A stretch of 60,000 nt of DNA from Felis catus. Its lineage: Eukaryota. Below the pieces are notes generated by a model. That model saw only the letters and a program-made list of their open reading frames with translations. It was not told where the DNA came from and made no database searches. The stretch lies in assembly GCF_018350175.1 (NCBI RefSeq), contig NC_058369.1:6822001-6882000 (forward strand), in the 5' to 3' direction. Shown piece by piece: positions 1 to 12,799 of the stretch. A program made the position numbers and the translations under genes. Numbering within the stretch: position 1 is the stretch's first letter; each line of letters opens with the position of its first letter.

Positions 1-1238
1 GTTGGGCCCATTCACCGCTCAGTCAGCCCAGAAATAGAGCCCAAAGTCACTGCTCGTTCCATTTTTGTTGTAATCTCCGTATAAAGACAAGAACTACTTC
101 ACAATAGACGTAAATGAGACATATTGCTTTCATAGGGGCTATAGAATGGGGAAATGAGATAGTGCAAAGGAACATGATAACGAGATACAAGGAAAACTAG
201 AAACCTAGCTCTCACTTCTGTTGTAAGCAGTGTTACCACTCATATGCATTCCGCAGGCATATATATGGTGATGGAGATATGCCTTAGCTTCCTTCTGGCT
301 TAGACATTCATGATTCAATTGATTGGCATTTTTCTCTTTGAAAGACTTATACCATTCCTCATCTCCTTAATGCATGGTCTGAATTTTTTCCCTTGTGACT
401 TGTACAACTTTTATCTGGCTCATGCCATCTTTTTCCTCCAGAAGACAGAATAGGAGTGAAGGGCGGGGGGGGGGGGGGAGGGTCATGATTCATTCACATG
501 CTCCCTGACTTTGGTCCCTGGAAGTCAATTAACTGCCTGGTTCTCTGAAAAAAGCAAAACTCTTGAGTTGGTCCCAAAGTCCTCGATCTGGCATGGCCCA
601 AGTCATTCACCGTAACTGGTTTTTCACTTCAAAAATGTATCTTTCTCTCTCTTTCTCTTGCTCTCTGATCTTTTCACATACTGGGTTTTTTTTTTTCCTT
701 TTTCTGATACTCTTTCTCCTCATATTTTCCTGAAAAACATCATCTTATCCTTTGAGGTGCAGAATCATCTCTCCTAGGAAACCTTCCCTGATTCCCCCTT
801 CCAGACTCTGTTGGGTGTTCCTACTCTGTCCTATCCTTGCCCTCGTGTGCGTATTTCATTCTATTATAGTTAGTGCCCAGTATCTTCTCCTACATGCAAC
901 TATAAACTCCACCACTCCATGGCCAGCACCTACATCAAGTCCAGAATACAAACTTAAATATCTGTGGAGAGCTAACTTGATTTTGAATCAGGACAAATCC
1001 AATCTGGTAGGGCTAGACTGATCTTCCTGGGAAGGCAACATCAGACATATCCAAAAGGACTCTTACTGGTCCCAGTAATTGAGAACATAGTAATAGGGCC
1101 ATCTTGAGATTTCCTTTTAAAGTTCTGCAATTCAAAATCCAAAGTGGCTGTTCTCCCAAACTGTGCAATTCCATACTTGTGCCCAAGACCCTAGATGTTG
1201 AGATCCTACTTCCTGGAAGTTTCCAGGTGTCCTTGTGG

Positions 1239-2180
1239 TCAGGAAGATGAAGTGATCTTTCTGTTGACAAGCTTCCTCAGGGCCCCCTTCAGATCTCTGT
1301 TCCTCAAGCTATAGATAAAGGGGTTCAGCATGGGGGTGACTGTAGTGTACATCACAGCAGAGGCTTTCTCCTTCACAGCTGTGCGGACAGAGGAGGGACA
1401 CAGATAGACCCCAATGGTGGTCCCATAGAAGAGAGCAACCACAGAGAGGTGGGAGCTGCAGGTGGAAAAGGCTTTCTTCCTGCCCCCTGCAGAAGGGACT
1501 TTCATGATGGCCACAATGATGCGAGCATAGGAGGCCAGGATGCAGATAAAAGGTGTGGCTATCACCAGCCCAGCCACAATGAGCACAAAGATCTTGTTCA
1601 CAGACGTGTCAGTGCAAGAAAGCCTGAGAAGGGGAGTGAGGTCACAGAAGTAGTGAGGTAGCTCATTGTTCCCACAGAAAACCAGACGAGCCATCAGGAG
1701 GATATGAGTGAGGGAGATGAAGCAGGAAAACACCCATGGGCCACCTGCCAGCAGGCCACAGAGGCGTGGGCTCATGATGGCAGTATAGTGTAAGGGGTGA
1801 CATATAGCCACAAACCTGTCATAAGCCATCACGGCAATCAGGACACTGTCCATGATGCCAAAGAAATGGAAAAAGTACATCTGGGTCAGGCAGCAGGCAT
1901 AGGAGATTGACTTGCTCCTGATTTGGATGTTCACCAGCATCTTGGGGACTGTGTTGGTGGCCAGGCAGAAATCAACCAAAGACAGGTTAGCTAAGAAGAA
2001 GTACATGGGGGTGTGGAGGTGGGAGTCTGAGCTGATGGCCAGGATGATGAGCAGGTTCCCCAGTACTGTGACCACATACATGCAGAGGAACAGAGCAAAG
2101 AGAAGGGTCTCCTGCTCTGGAGTTTCTGAAAGCCCCAGGAGGATGAATTCTAATGCGCTGGTTTGGTTCCTTGGTTCCAT
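1239..2180 (-). CDS. OR1M1: Olfactory receptor, OR1M1-like (copy A), 313 aa
   Basis: Intact ORF with OR motifs [40 protein letters not shown] and [12 protein letters not shown], and N-glycosylation site NQT. The termini MEPRNQTS... and ...[12 protein letters not shown] match my recollection of human OR1M1. Start taken at MEPRN (ATG at 2180); in-frame ATG at 2189 is an alternative. The longer ORF start (2252) lies upstream of a splice acceptor. Confidence 0.95.
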   Translation of the reverse strand: MEPRNQTSALEFILLGLSETPEQETLLFALFLCMYVVTVLGNLLIILAISSDSHLHTPMYFFLANLSLVDFCLATNTVPKMLVNIQIRSKSISYACCLTQMYFFHFFGIMDSVLIAVMAYDRFVAICHPLHYTAIMSPRLCGLLAGGPWVFSCFISLTHILLMARLVFCGNNELPHYFCDLTPLLRLSCTDTSVNKIFVLIVAGLVIATPFICILASYARIIVAIMKVPSAGGRKKAFSTCSSHLSVVALFYGTTIGVYLCPSSVRTAVKEKASAVMYTTVTPMLNPFIYSLRNRDLKGALRKLVNRKITSSS

Positions 2181-2193
2181 GGGTATCATTTCT

Positions 2194-2220
2194 CTGGAGG
2201 TGTTGAAAGGGGAAGTTACA
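2194..2220 (-). promoter_or_regulatory. Splice acceptor of the OR1M copy A coding exon
   Basis: Minus strand reads tgtaacttcccctttcaacacctcCAG|agaaATG. The equivalent in copy B is ctccctttcaatactttCAG|aggaATG (28563-28590). Confidence 0.7.
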
Positions 2221-2558
2221 TGCATACTACAGAAATGATTCTGGAAGATCACGTGAGATTACAACCAATTTCCCATCCAGACTACGTATAACATGTTACA
2301 TCTTGAACTGTTGATGAAGAGTTTACGGCAACTCATATGTCAAGGTTTGGTAGTAGGACCCTCCCAAGGATATTCCCATTTCAGAGAAAGATTAAGAGTA
2401 TACCATACATGAAAACTTACTGAAAAAACTACTAAGGGATTTACTTCAGGATAAAACAAATTGAATGAAAAATAAGCAATATCCAGGAAGCAATGAACAG
2501 CCAAGCAATTTGTTTATATGCAGAAAAAATAAAATGTTGAATTTTAAGATAATAATAA

Positions 2559-2770
2559 GGGATGCCTGGGTGGCTCAGTCAGTTAAGCGTCCAACCTCAG
2601 CTCAGGTCATGATCTCGTGGTTTGTGGGTTCGAGCCCCGTGTCAGGCTCTGTGCTGACAGCTCAGAACCTGGAGCCTGTTTCAGATTCTGTGTGTGTGTG
2701 TGTGTCTCTCTCTGCCCCTCTCCTGCTTGTGCTCTGTCTCTCTCTCTCAAAAATAAATAAATAAACTTAA
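2559..2770 (+). mobile_element. SINEC (CanSINE, tRNA-derived)
   Basis: gggatgcctgggtggctcagtcagttaagcgtcc head, (CT)n body and aataaa tail. Confidence 0.9.
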
Positions 2771-2791
2771 AAATATTTAAAATCATAATAA

Positions 2792-2855
2792 GAGGAAGGA
2801 GGAGGAGGAGGAGGAGGAGGAGGAGGAGGAGGAAGAGAAGAAAAAAGGAAGAAGA
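2792..2855. repeat. (GGA)n / purine-rich microsatellite
   Basis: Direct reading of the sequence. Confidence 0.9.
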
Positions 2856-3214
2856 AAATGTATGAAAAAGATGGAGTAAGATATTAGGTAACGATTATAT
2901 ATACTCAAGAGGAGGAATTAAAATAACAGTTGAAAGGTTCTTGTATTGAGTTGCAGGAAAAGAGAAATATTGAGTATTTTGGACTTTCTACATGATTTAA
3001 GTTTAGGTGTAACCACTAAAATAATGGATACAGTATTTATAATTTGTAAGTTATAGTAGGGACACAACAGAATTGAAGAGATTTTGATCAAACTACTTTA
3101 AGTCAGGAAAGGAAATATAAAGAAGTGAAAAAAAATCACAAAATATATAAGTAATTACAAGTGTTAAATGACTGTGTGTGTGTGTGTGTGTGTGCATAAA
3201 ATCCTGAGTGCTTT

Positions 3215-3680
3215 TTAAAAAAAAATTCAAGTCAGTTAACGTACAGTATAGTGTTGGTTTCAGGAGTAGAACCTAGTGATTCATCACTTATGTATAACAG
3301 CCAGTGCTCATCCCAACAAGTACCTTCCTTAATGCCCATCACCCACTTAGCCCATCCCCCTCAAACTCCCCTTCAGCAACCCTGAGTTCATTCTCTATAT
3401 TCAAGAAGCTCCTATGGTTTGCCTCCCTCTGTTTTTATCTTTGTTTATTTTTCATTCCCTTCCCCTATGTTCATCTGTTTGGTTTTTTAAACTCACATAC
3501 ATCATATGATATTTGTCTTTCTCTGACTGACTTATTTCACTTAGCATAATACATTCAAGTTCTAGCCACATTGTTGCAAATGGCAAGATTTCATTCTTTT
3601 TGATCACCGAGTAATAGTCCATTGTATATGTATGCCACTGTGTATATATATCTTCTTTATCCATTCATCAGTCAATGCAT
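3215..3680 (-). mobile_element. Carnivore L1 3' end fragment
   Basis: Minus ORF ...KKNEILPFATMWLELECIMLSEISQSEKDKYHM is the typical L1 ORF2 C-terminal/3' sequence. Confidence 0.85.
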
Positions 3681-3689
3681 AAATGTTTA

Positions 3690-5510
3690 AATGGCTTTAA
3701 CTAATCTTTAAAAACAGAAAATCTCAAATTGGACAAAGGAACAAAATTCTATTATCTCATGTGTACAAGAGATATACCTAAACTGTAATGACACAGAAAG
3801 GTTGGCTATAAAGGAATAATACAAGTATATGAAGAAATACTAACCCAAATGAAGACCAGTAGTTTACTGATAAGATGTACTTAAGGCAAAGACATTAAAA
3901 GAGATAAAGAAAGTCATTATATAATAATAAAAGGAACAATTCACCAGAAAAGGAAAAAAAAAAAAAAAACAAATAACTCCTAATATACACTTAATAGCAT
4001 AGACTTACAATATATAAAGAAAAAAGCTAACAGAAATGTAAGGAAAAAATGATAAATCATATCATATTAAGATATTTTGTCATATCTTTTTTAGTAATTG
4101 ATAGACTAGGGGGGTAAAATTTTGGTAAGGGTATAGAAAATTTGAACAATGCAATTAACCAGCTTGATTTGAGCACTACATTAAATTATTAGAGAATCCA
4201 CATTTTCAAGGACATATATCTGTAAAAACTAGGCCATAAAGCAAATCTTAATAGCAGAGAATACATATGAAACAGAGCCTGTTCAATTATCATAATGTAA
4301 TAAAGTTAGAAATCACTAATAAAAGATAATCAACTTCTTCCTACATGTTTGGAAATATTAAAAGCACATTTTAAAATAATGTATGCATCAAAGAAGACAT
4401 CACCATTGAAACCAGTAATATTTATAGTTTTTTTTAAAAAACCTAACTATCTACACCCATATAAATATAGATACACACAATGGAATATTACACAGCCTTT
4501 TAAAAGGATGAGATCTTGGGGCGCCTGGGTGGCGCAGTCGGTTAAGCTTCCGACTTCAGCCAGGTCACGATCTCGCGGTCCGTGAGTTCGAGCCCCGCGT
4601 CAGGCTCTGGGATGATGGCTCCGAGCCTGGAGCCTGTTTCCGATTCTGTGTCTCCCTCTCTCTCTGCCCCTCCCCTGTTCATGCTCTGTCTCTCTCTGTC
4701 CCAAAAATAAATAAACGTTGAAAAAATTTTTTAAAAATAAATAAAAGGATGAGATCTTGCCATTTGCAACAATATGGGCAGACCTAGGGTGTATCATGCT
4801 AAGTGAAATAAGTCAAACAAAGACAAATGCCATATGATTTCAGTCATGTGTGAAATCTTAAAAAAGACAAATGAACAGGGGCGCCTGGGTGGTTCAGTCA
4901 GTTGAGTGTCCGACTTTGGCTCAGGACCTCACAGTTCGTGGGTTCAAACCCCACATCGGGCTCTGTGCTGACAGCTCAGACCCTTGGAGCCTGCTTTGGA
5001 TTCTGTGTCTCCTTCTAGCTCTCTCTGCCCCTCTCACACTCTGTCTCTCTCTCTCTCTCTCTCAAAAATAAATAAATGTAATTTTTAAAAATTAAAAAAA
5101 GACATATGAACAAACAAAAAGCAAAATCAGAACTCTAAACACAGAGAACAAACTGATGGTTGCCAGAGGGAAGGGTGGGGGGAATCAGCAAAATGGGTGA
5201 ATGGGAGCAGGAGATACTAGCTTCCAGTTATGGAATGAATTAAATCACAGGAAGAAAAGGCACAGCATAGGGAATACAGTCAATGATGTAACAGCATCGT
5301 ATGGTGACAGATGGTGGCTACACCAGTGGTGAGAATAACATAATGTCTAGAGAAGTTGAATCCCTATGTTGTGTACCTGACACTAACATAACACTGTGTA
5401 TCAACTATACTAAAAAAAACCTACCTCATCAAAGGAGATGCAGCTAAACAAGTACATAGAGGTAAATTCATGTTCTTAAAAGCATAATGTAGAAAAGAAA
5501 GCTTGAAGCT
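3690..5510 (+). mobile_element. Old L1 ORF2 remnant plus L1 3' fragment, with two nested SINECs (~4518-4741 and ~4878-5095)
   Basis: Degenerate endonuclease-region sequence and an L1 3'UTR. The first SINE is flanked by TSD taaaaggatgagatcttg (4501 and 4742). Confidence 0.75.
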
Positions 5511-5614
5511 TTAAAACTATTGAAAGTCATAAGAGAAGACTTATACACCTGGACAGATTACATGATCATATGTGCTCAGTTCATAATCCTGTATCCCTTT
5601 AATGACCATTTTCT

Positions 5615-6813
5615 GGGTGATGTCAGAATGGTTTTCTATCCCCCACAAAGAACACCAAGTCTGACAATTACCCATCAACGAAAGTATGTGTGTACGAGTT
5701 CGGGGTCCAGCGGGGAAGTTCCAGCACACAACTGGAGCAAAATCAACCTGAGGTTTGGCACTTTGAAGGGGGTAAGAAGGACAGCTTCACTTCAGCAACA
5801 TCACACATCCCTCAAGGCAGCACAGCTCAGTGCCAAGGAAATACCCTCAGCCCTTGATTTTTCCCATGGGAGAAAGTGAGTGTGTGAGTGAATGTCTGAG
5901 CACCCCCAGGTGTACAGGATGCTGACAAAGGGACCCACCTTTTTCTCACCCCATACAGAACACTGAGGTGAGCTTCATGACTGAGGGAAGGGAGAGGCTG
6001 GGAGCAGAGCAGGGAGGGCTTGGAATGCATTGAAGGGACACAGATCCTGCTAATGATTCCACAGATTCCATCAGGAAGCCAGCCCACACACCGCTGGGAA
6101 TGCCTCTCACCTGTTGACCCTCCCAAGTCTCCAGCAGGTACTCCCAGTGCTATGTGTGCCTCACCCAGGAACACCAACCAAGCCATGGCTCCTCCCTGTG
6201 CATGTATGCCTCCAAGGGCAGCAAGTGTGGGCACCTGCAGAGGGCTAGTGGGCAAGTGTAGAAAACCAGTCCAACTCTGAGGAACTGAGAGAGAGCACAC
6301 AAACTTGGGCATTTCAGGGCACCGCTCTAAGGAAAATAAAATGAAGGCTGTCAGCCCCTGGCCTGGCTTTTCAGAATCAAGAAAGGCAAACAATCTTAAG
6401 AATGTCCCCTCCACCCAGTGTAGGAAACAAGAAGTGTGAAGCAGGTGTATTTATTGAAAAGGTCTAAGAATCCGTTGAAGAGCCTAAGAATCCCTGGGAG
6501 GGTTAAAAGAGAGATTTTTCTCCCAAAGCCAGTCTTTAAAGAATGGAGGAGGTAACTGCTTCTTCAGATGTGAAAAGCATCAATGCATGATTTCAGGGAA
6601 CATTAAAAATCAACAAAACATGACACAACCAAAGGTACACAATAATTTTCTAGTAAGTGACCCCAAAGAAATGTAGATCTATGATCTACCTGATAAAGAA
6701 TTAAAAATAGATGTCTTAAGGAAGCTCAATGAGCTATAGAAAGATAATTCAATAAAATCAGGAAAAAAAATCATGCATATGATTTTATATATAGAAATCC
6801 CTAAAAAACCACA

Positions 6814-6860
<47 letters not shown>

Positions 6861-8885
6861 TGTTGGAACTAATAAATGAGTCAGTAAAGTTGCAGGATAT
6901 GAAATAAATACACAAAAATTAGTTGCATTTCTATCTGCAACTATCTGAACTATCTGAAAAAGAAATAATTAAAACAATCCCATTTACAATAGCATCCAAA
7001 ACAAGTAAAACACTTAGGAATAAACTTAACCAAAAAGGTGGAAGATCTATATACCAAAAACTATAAAGCACTGATGAAGGAAATTGGAGAAGACACAAAT
7101 ACATGGAAAGATATCCTGTGTTCACCAATTGTAATAATTAATATTGTGAAATTGTTCATTCTACTCAAAGTGAGCTACAGATTCAATACAATCACTATCA
7201 AAATTCCAGTGGCATTTTTCACAGAAATAAAGGACACAATCCTAAAGTTTGTATGCAACCACAAAAGACCCCCTGCCTGCAAAAAAACAAAGCAATCCTG
7301 AGAAAGAACAAAGCTGGAGGCATCACATTTCCTGACTTCAACTATATTACAAAGCTCTAGTAATCGAAACAGTATGGTACCGGCATAAAAACAGACATAG
7401 AGATCAGTGGAATAGAATAAAGAGCCAGAAATGAATCCATGCACAGACAGTGAACTGATCTTTTACAAGGGTGCCTAGAACACACAATGGAGAAACGATG
7501 GTCTCTTCAATAAATGGTGTTGTGGGAACTGAATATTCACATGCAAAAGAATGAACGCAGACTCCTATCTTACACCACTCACAAAAAATAACTGAAAATG
7601 CACTAAAAACATAAATATAAGATCTGAATTCATAAAACTCCTAGAAGAGAACCATGGGGAAAAGCTCCTTGATATTGGTTTTAGCAATTTTTTTTTAAAT
7701 AAATGACACCAAAAGCATAGGAAACAAAAGCAAAAATCAACAGACAAGACTATAGCAAAAGGAAACAATCAACAAAGGAAAAGCCAACCTATGGAATGGG
7801 GGAAAATATCTGCAAACCATATATTTGATGGAGGATATATCCAAAATATGTAAGGAACTTACACCACTCAATAGCAAAAATACAAATAATCTGATTAAAA
7901 TGGGCAAAGAAACTGAATAGACATTTCCCTAAAGAAGAGATACAAATGTCCAACAGGTACATGAAAAGGTGTTCAATATCAGGGAAACACAAATAAAAAT
8001 CACAATGAGATATCACCTCACACCTTTTAGATGGCTTTTACCAAAAAGACAATATATAATAACCGTTGGTGATAATATGGAGTAAAGGGAATCCTTGTAC
8101 ACTTTTTGTAGAAGGGTACATTGGTGTGGCCACTTTGGAAAAGAGTGTGGAGGTTCCTCAAAACATTAAGATAGAGGGGCACCTGGGTGGCTTAGTTGGT
8201 TGACTTTGGCTCAGATTATGATCTCATGGTTCATGAGTTTGAGCCCCGCTTTGGGCTTGCTGCTGTCAGTGCAGAGCCTGCTTTGGATCCTCTGTCCCCC
8301 TCTGTCTTTCTCCTCCCCCACTTGCACTCTGTCTCTCAAAAATAAATAAAACATCAAAAAAATTAAGACAGAACTATCATATGATCCAGCAATCCCTCTT
8401 CTGGGTACGTATCTGAAGGAAACCAAATCCGTATCTCAAATGGATATCTGCTCTCCCAGGTTCATCGTAGCATTATTCACAATAGCCAAGATGTGGAAAC
8501 AACCTAAGTGTCCATCAATGGGGACTGAATAGAGAAGCTGTAGGATATATATAAAATTCAGCCACAAGAACAAAGGAAATCTTGTCATTTGTGACAACAT
8601 GGATGAACCCAGAGGACTTTATGCTAGGTGGAAATGTTCCGGCCAGAGACAGACAAATATTGTATGATCTCACTTATATGGGGAATTTTTTAAAAATTCA
8701 AACTCATAGAAACAGCCAGTAGAGTGGTGGTTAGTTCCCAGGGGCTTGGGGAACTGGGGAGCTACTGGTCAAATGATATAAGCTTACAGGCAGAAGATGA
8801 GTAAGATTTGGGGATCTAATGTGCACCAATACCATATTATATACTTGAAATTTGCTGAGGGGGTAGATCTTAAGTGTTCTCACTT
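5615..8885 (+). mobile_element. Internally deleted L1 (5'UTR, ORF1 start, distal ORF2, 3'UTR) with nested SINEC at ~8176-8360
   Basis: GC-richer 5'UTR-like part, then ORF1-like 6600-6770, then a jump to ORF2 (ORF 7038..7301 DLYTKNYKALMKEIGEDTNTWKDILCS) and a 3'UTR. Confidence 0.8.
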
Positions 8886-9169
8886 TGGCTCTCTTTTCCT
8901 TAACAGTTTTGGTCCCACGATCCTTTGGAGATTCTGCTAAACTATAGGCCTTCCCCCACCCCCCACACCCGAAAATATATACCTTGACACATACTATATC
9001 AGGGTTTTCATAAAACGTCCTCAGCTCCAAGTTAGGATCCAAGTTTTCAAAACTTTCTTTGTAGAGGGTCTGCTAGTTTTCAGACGTGATTCTCAGACTT
9101 ACAACTCCAGGCTTCCAACACCCAGACCTGAGTTGCTGCCTGCCAACTCATCTGGGAAATTTGCATGAA

Positions 9170-11120
9170 TGTAGAGTGGAATAATGGGAAGCATGCAGAT
9201 AATTGGATCCAGATGGACTAGAATTAAAACCCTGGCTTCTAAACCAAGTGACTAGTAACTTCTCTAAACTTCTTTTTCTGTATCTTTATACACTTGGGAG
9301 AAATAATACCCACCTCTGAGTTTTCTTAGAAGCTGAAGCGAGGTAGCCCATGAAAAGTGACCAAAGCAGCGCTCAGCATCACAGTATGGTCTCAGTCAAC
9401 ATCAGGCAGCGTCACCTGATATGTAAAGGAAGGACTTTGAAAAGAGAAACACCTAGATGGTCCCTGGGCTCACCACCTGGTGGCTAAGTGACCTTGAGTG
9501 AATTGCCTAACCACTAAAACCTCACTGTCTTTGTCAAAAGGGAATGATGGTAATGGTCGAGGATTAAATGAGACATGCACATAAAATTATCTACAGTGTC
9601 TGACACAGAATAGAATGGTTATAATAAGCAGTGATAGCCCTGTCTTTTCCATCCTGCATGGCAAGTTCATTAGATAAAAAAAATAAAGTCTGTCTTCTGC
9701 TAGAGCCTCTCTTTCTGTGAATGAAATCACCGTCCTTCTAGACAACTGTGACCGAAACTGACTCTTCCTCCCTCATTGCTTCCACTGCCAAAGCCAATTC
9801 ATCAATGAGCCACCACATCTTCCAGAAGTTGAACGTTCCATTCTTCTAGTCGTTTTCCATCTACCTCCTCCTCCCGCCATTACTTGAGAGTAAATCAAGG
9901 CTTCCATTAGTTCTGGGTTGCCTTAATCCAAGTTCTGGTTCTTAGTTAGTCCTTATGCATCCGTTCTCCGTCTTCCAAACCATCCTGAAGTCACTGCCAG
10001 ATAAATTCTCATGAAGTATACCTCTGACCATATCACTTTTATTCACTTTCCCATTCATTCACTCATTTATTCTACCAATTCCATCAACAATTATTGATTG
10101 GGCTGAGTGGTGGGACAAAGACGTGAAAAGACACAGACCTTGCCCTCCTAAGACTTGAGAGCAGAGACTGTATGTCTGTTCATTTTTGTACCCAGCATCT
10201 TATCCGAGATATAGGAGGCATAAACACAGTTGCTCAATATGTGCATGATTAAATAATAATTTTCTTTTATTTTGAGTGCCTCAATAATGTCAGACCCTGC
10301 CCTCAAGTTCTTTGCCAATTTGCTACTCACAACAACCCACTGAGGTGGGTTCTGTTTCATATATAAGGAAATGGAGACACAAGGAGATTAAGAAAATCAA
10401 ATGGTGTCTCAAAGACAGCAGGTCACAGAGCTAAACCAAGCAGTCTGAATCTAGAGCCTATACTCTTGATCTCTGTATTTCAAGAATCTGAAGTGAATGG
10501 ATAAATTCACAGTTTAATAAAGGAAACAGACTCGAGAGGCATTTACCAAATTATGCGGAAATGGACATAATAGAAAATTGCCCTGAGAATTATAAAAGTA
10601 CTCAGGAAATGCAGGTCAATCAGGCAGTGATCCCTGGAAATTCTGGCATCTACACAAAAGACTACGAACCACTGTCGTCCACTGAACAAAATCCAAATGT
10701 TTACCTTCACATGAAAGAAATCTGATTCTCTGGCAAACCTGTATGTTTTGCTGTATTTACTACTGCCCTCCTAAAATTATGTTTTATACCAGATTGGAGG
10801 GGGGAGGGTAACCAATATGCAAATCCCCCTCACCACCCCTCCTTCCCCGTCATTTCCTGTCTCCGTGTTTCCTCAGATTTCATATTACCTAATGAATCCC
10901 TAGTATGTGCCAAGCACTATAGCAGACATACTACATATATGACACGTTGTCCTAACAACAAACTGTGAGGAAGGGATTATGCTCCCCTTTTTACAAATGA
11001 GATGATTGAGGCCCAACATAGAGAATTCTGTGAGGCTCCCACAGTTATTAAATGAGCTTGGTTCCAGTGCGTGTCCACCTGAGTCCAAAACTCAGAGCCC
11101 TTCTACTGAGCCACGCTGCC
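9170..11120. mobile_element. Ancient MIR and L2 fragments
   Basis: MIR-core-like text (cctcactgtctttgtcaaaagggaatgatggtaatgg...gaggattaaatgaga; cccttttttacaaatgagatgattgaggccca) and L2-like cattcattcactcatt. Confidence 0.55.
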
Positions 11121-11500
11121 CTTCTGCATTCTCTCTTTCTGGCTTTCCCTGGCCCCCGTACCATCCTCCACCAAATTCTCACTCACTTATTCTGCCACTT
11201 GCTGTTTTTCCACAACTCTTGGGAAAAGTTTAAGTCTCTGGAACTGGAAGTCTCACATGCTCCCTAATCATCTTAATGAAGTTCCACTCAAGGAAGCACA
11301 CAGCTCGTATCCCACGTGGAGCCCCAGAGCTTGGTGTCCAGGGTTTCTCAGTTGGGAAAGATTAGGGATTTGCAATGGCTTCAGAAGCTCAGTGATGGAG
11401 ATAAGTCAAACTTACGCCGACAGAGCCTGGTGGAGACACTTTCTTCTCTGAGATGCTCAACTGGGCTCGGGAAAGCAGGTCCACATACTAAGATTATGCT

Positions 11501-12520
11501 TCATGCTTGATGCAGGAGAAGGGAGACTCCTTATACTTAAAGTCTCCAGTTCAAAGAACTGTCTGCCTAAAGAAACAGTTATCATTGAGCTATTGAATTT
11601 GAAAACCTCAAGAGTTTCAATGACTATTTTTTTTTAATTAACCCAAACAACATGAATTAAAGTTTCAATTTAGTTTTCAATAGGGGTTTAATGCCTTTTT
11701 GAATTACTGGTTTAACCTAAATTTTGAAAAAAATGTGATGTATTAATATGCATACTATAAAAAAGTTTGAAATATTATATTTCTTAAATATGGGGAGAAC
11801 ATTAATCACATTTAGCAAACATTTTTTCATGCAAACCTGTATATTAAAATAAGCGAAATGATTAATTTGAATCACGGTCAAGTTCATGATTCACATTTTG
11901 GGATAGATTCTTTTCTTAACGCAGTACCTAACTTTTGATAACCTTTCAAAATTAATATTGGTCATATAAGTTATGTCAAACACAGATGATCCTTTAAAGG
12001 GCACACTGTCCATCTATGTAGCAACAGTTCCAAAGTATTTTTGGGAAGTTTGATAACTTTTATATCTGAAGTGTGGTTAACCAGAAAAGTGAAAATGTTA
12101 ATGGACAAAAAGGTATTTTTAAAACTTCAAAGTGATAAATGATTTTTAATAAAATTAACCTCAAACTAATAAACTTAAAATCTGTAAGCAAATCAAAATA
12201 AAGTATTAGTTTAACAGCAAAAACTAGGTATTTATTTGTTAGAAGCTGCCTCTCTTCATTGGGGATTTTTAATTATAAAATTTCCAGCAGATGTGAGCTT
12301 TAAAGGCCCTTAATACTTGAAATTGTTAGATGCTTGATGAGTAAATTACACTTGCCTCTAGAATTATAAAAATCTGAGCTTTATAAAGTGCATCTATTCC
12401 TGAAGGTAATTTCTCTGATGATCAAACTGTAAAATTTCATACAGTACTAATATCTCACTGGAGTGTATATAAGTTTCTGAGTAATATTTTTAAATAAAAT
12501 TTATAGATTCATTAAAAAAA
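11501..12520 (+). pseudogene. Retroposed mRNA-like insert (probable 5'-truncated processed pseudogene, 3'UTR only); parent unknown
   Basis: TSD aagattatgct (11490-11500) / aagataatgct (12519-12529), AATAAA at 12493-12498, A7 tail at 12514-12520. The paralogous site at ~34800 is empty. Confidence 0.7.
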
Positions 12521-12799
12521 GATAATGCTACAAATCATGGGCTTTGGAAAGGGCTTGCTTAGCATCACAGCCAGACTACATTGAGCAGATGCATGGGTGG
12601 CCACTGGATTCAGGCTTCTGACCTAGGTGCTATCTAGAGCCCGGTAGAATCACTCACTCTCTGAGGACACAGTGTCTGTCCTCTCTTTCTACTGTGTACA
12701 TTCTCTCCAAGGACTCTCAAGCTCTTGCTCGCTCTTGCGTGCGCTCTCTCTCTCTCTCTCTCTCGCTCTCTGTCACTCTCTCCTCTTACCCTCCAAGAC

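Larger units (their letters stand above)
200..3150. repeat. Duplicated segment (OR1M 3' region, CDS and intron start), paralogous to ~26610-29220
   Basis: Collinear similarity is visible by eye, e.g. tagctctcacttctgttgtaagcagtgttac at ~206 and ~26610. Confidence 0.9.

Noticed and set aside
1449..2238. Antisense ORFs overlapping OR genes (also 27818-28622, 48773-49175, 55354-56010)
   Set aside because: Shadow frames of OR coding sequence, shared only because the genes are paralogous.
2190..2252. N-terminal extension of the 337-aa ORF (MIFQNH...)
   Set aside because: Non-ATG start, upstream of a clear splice acceptor, and not conserved in copy B.
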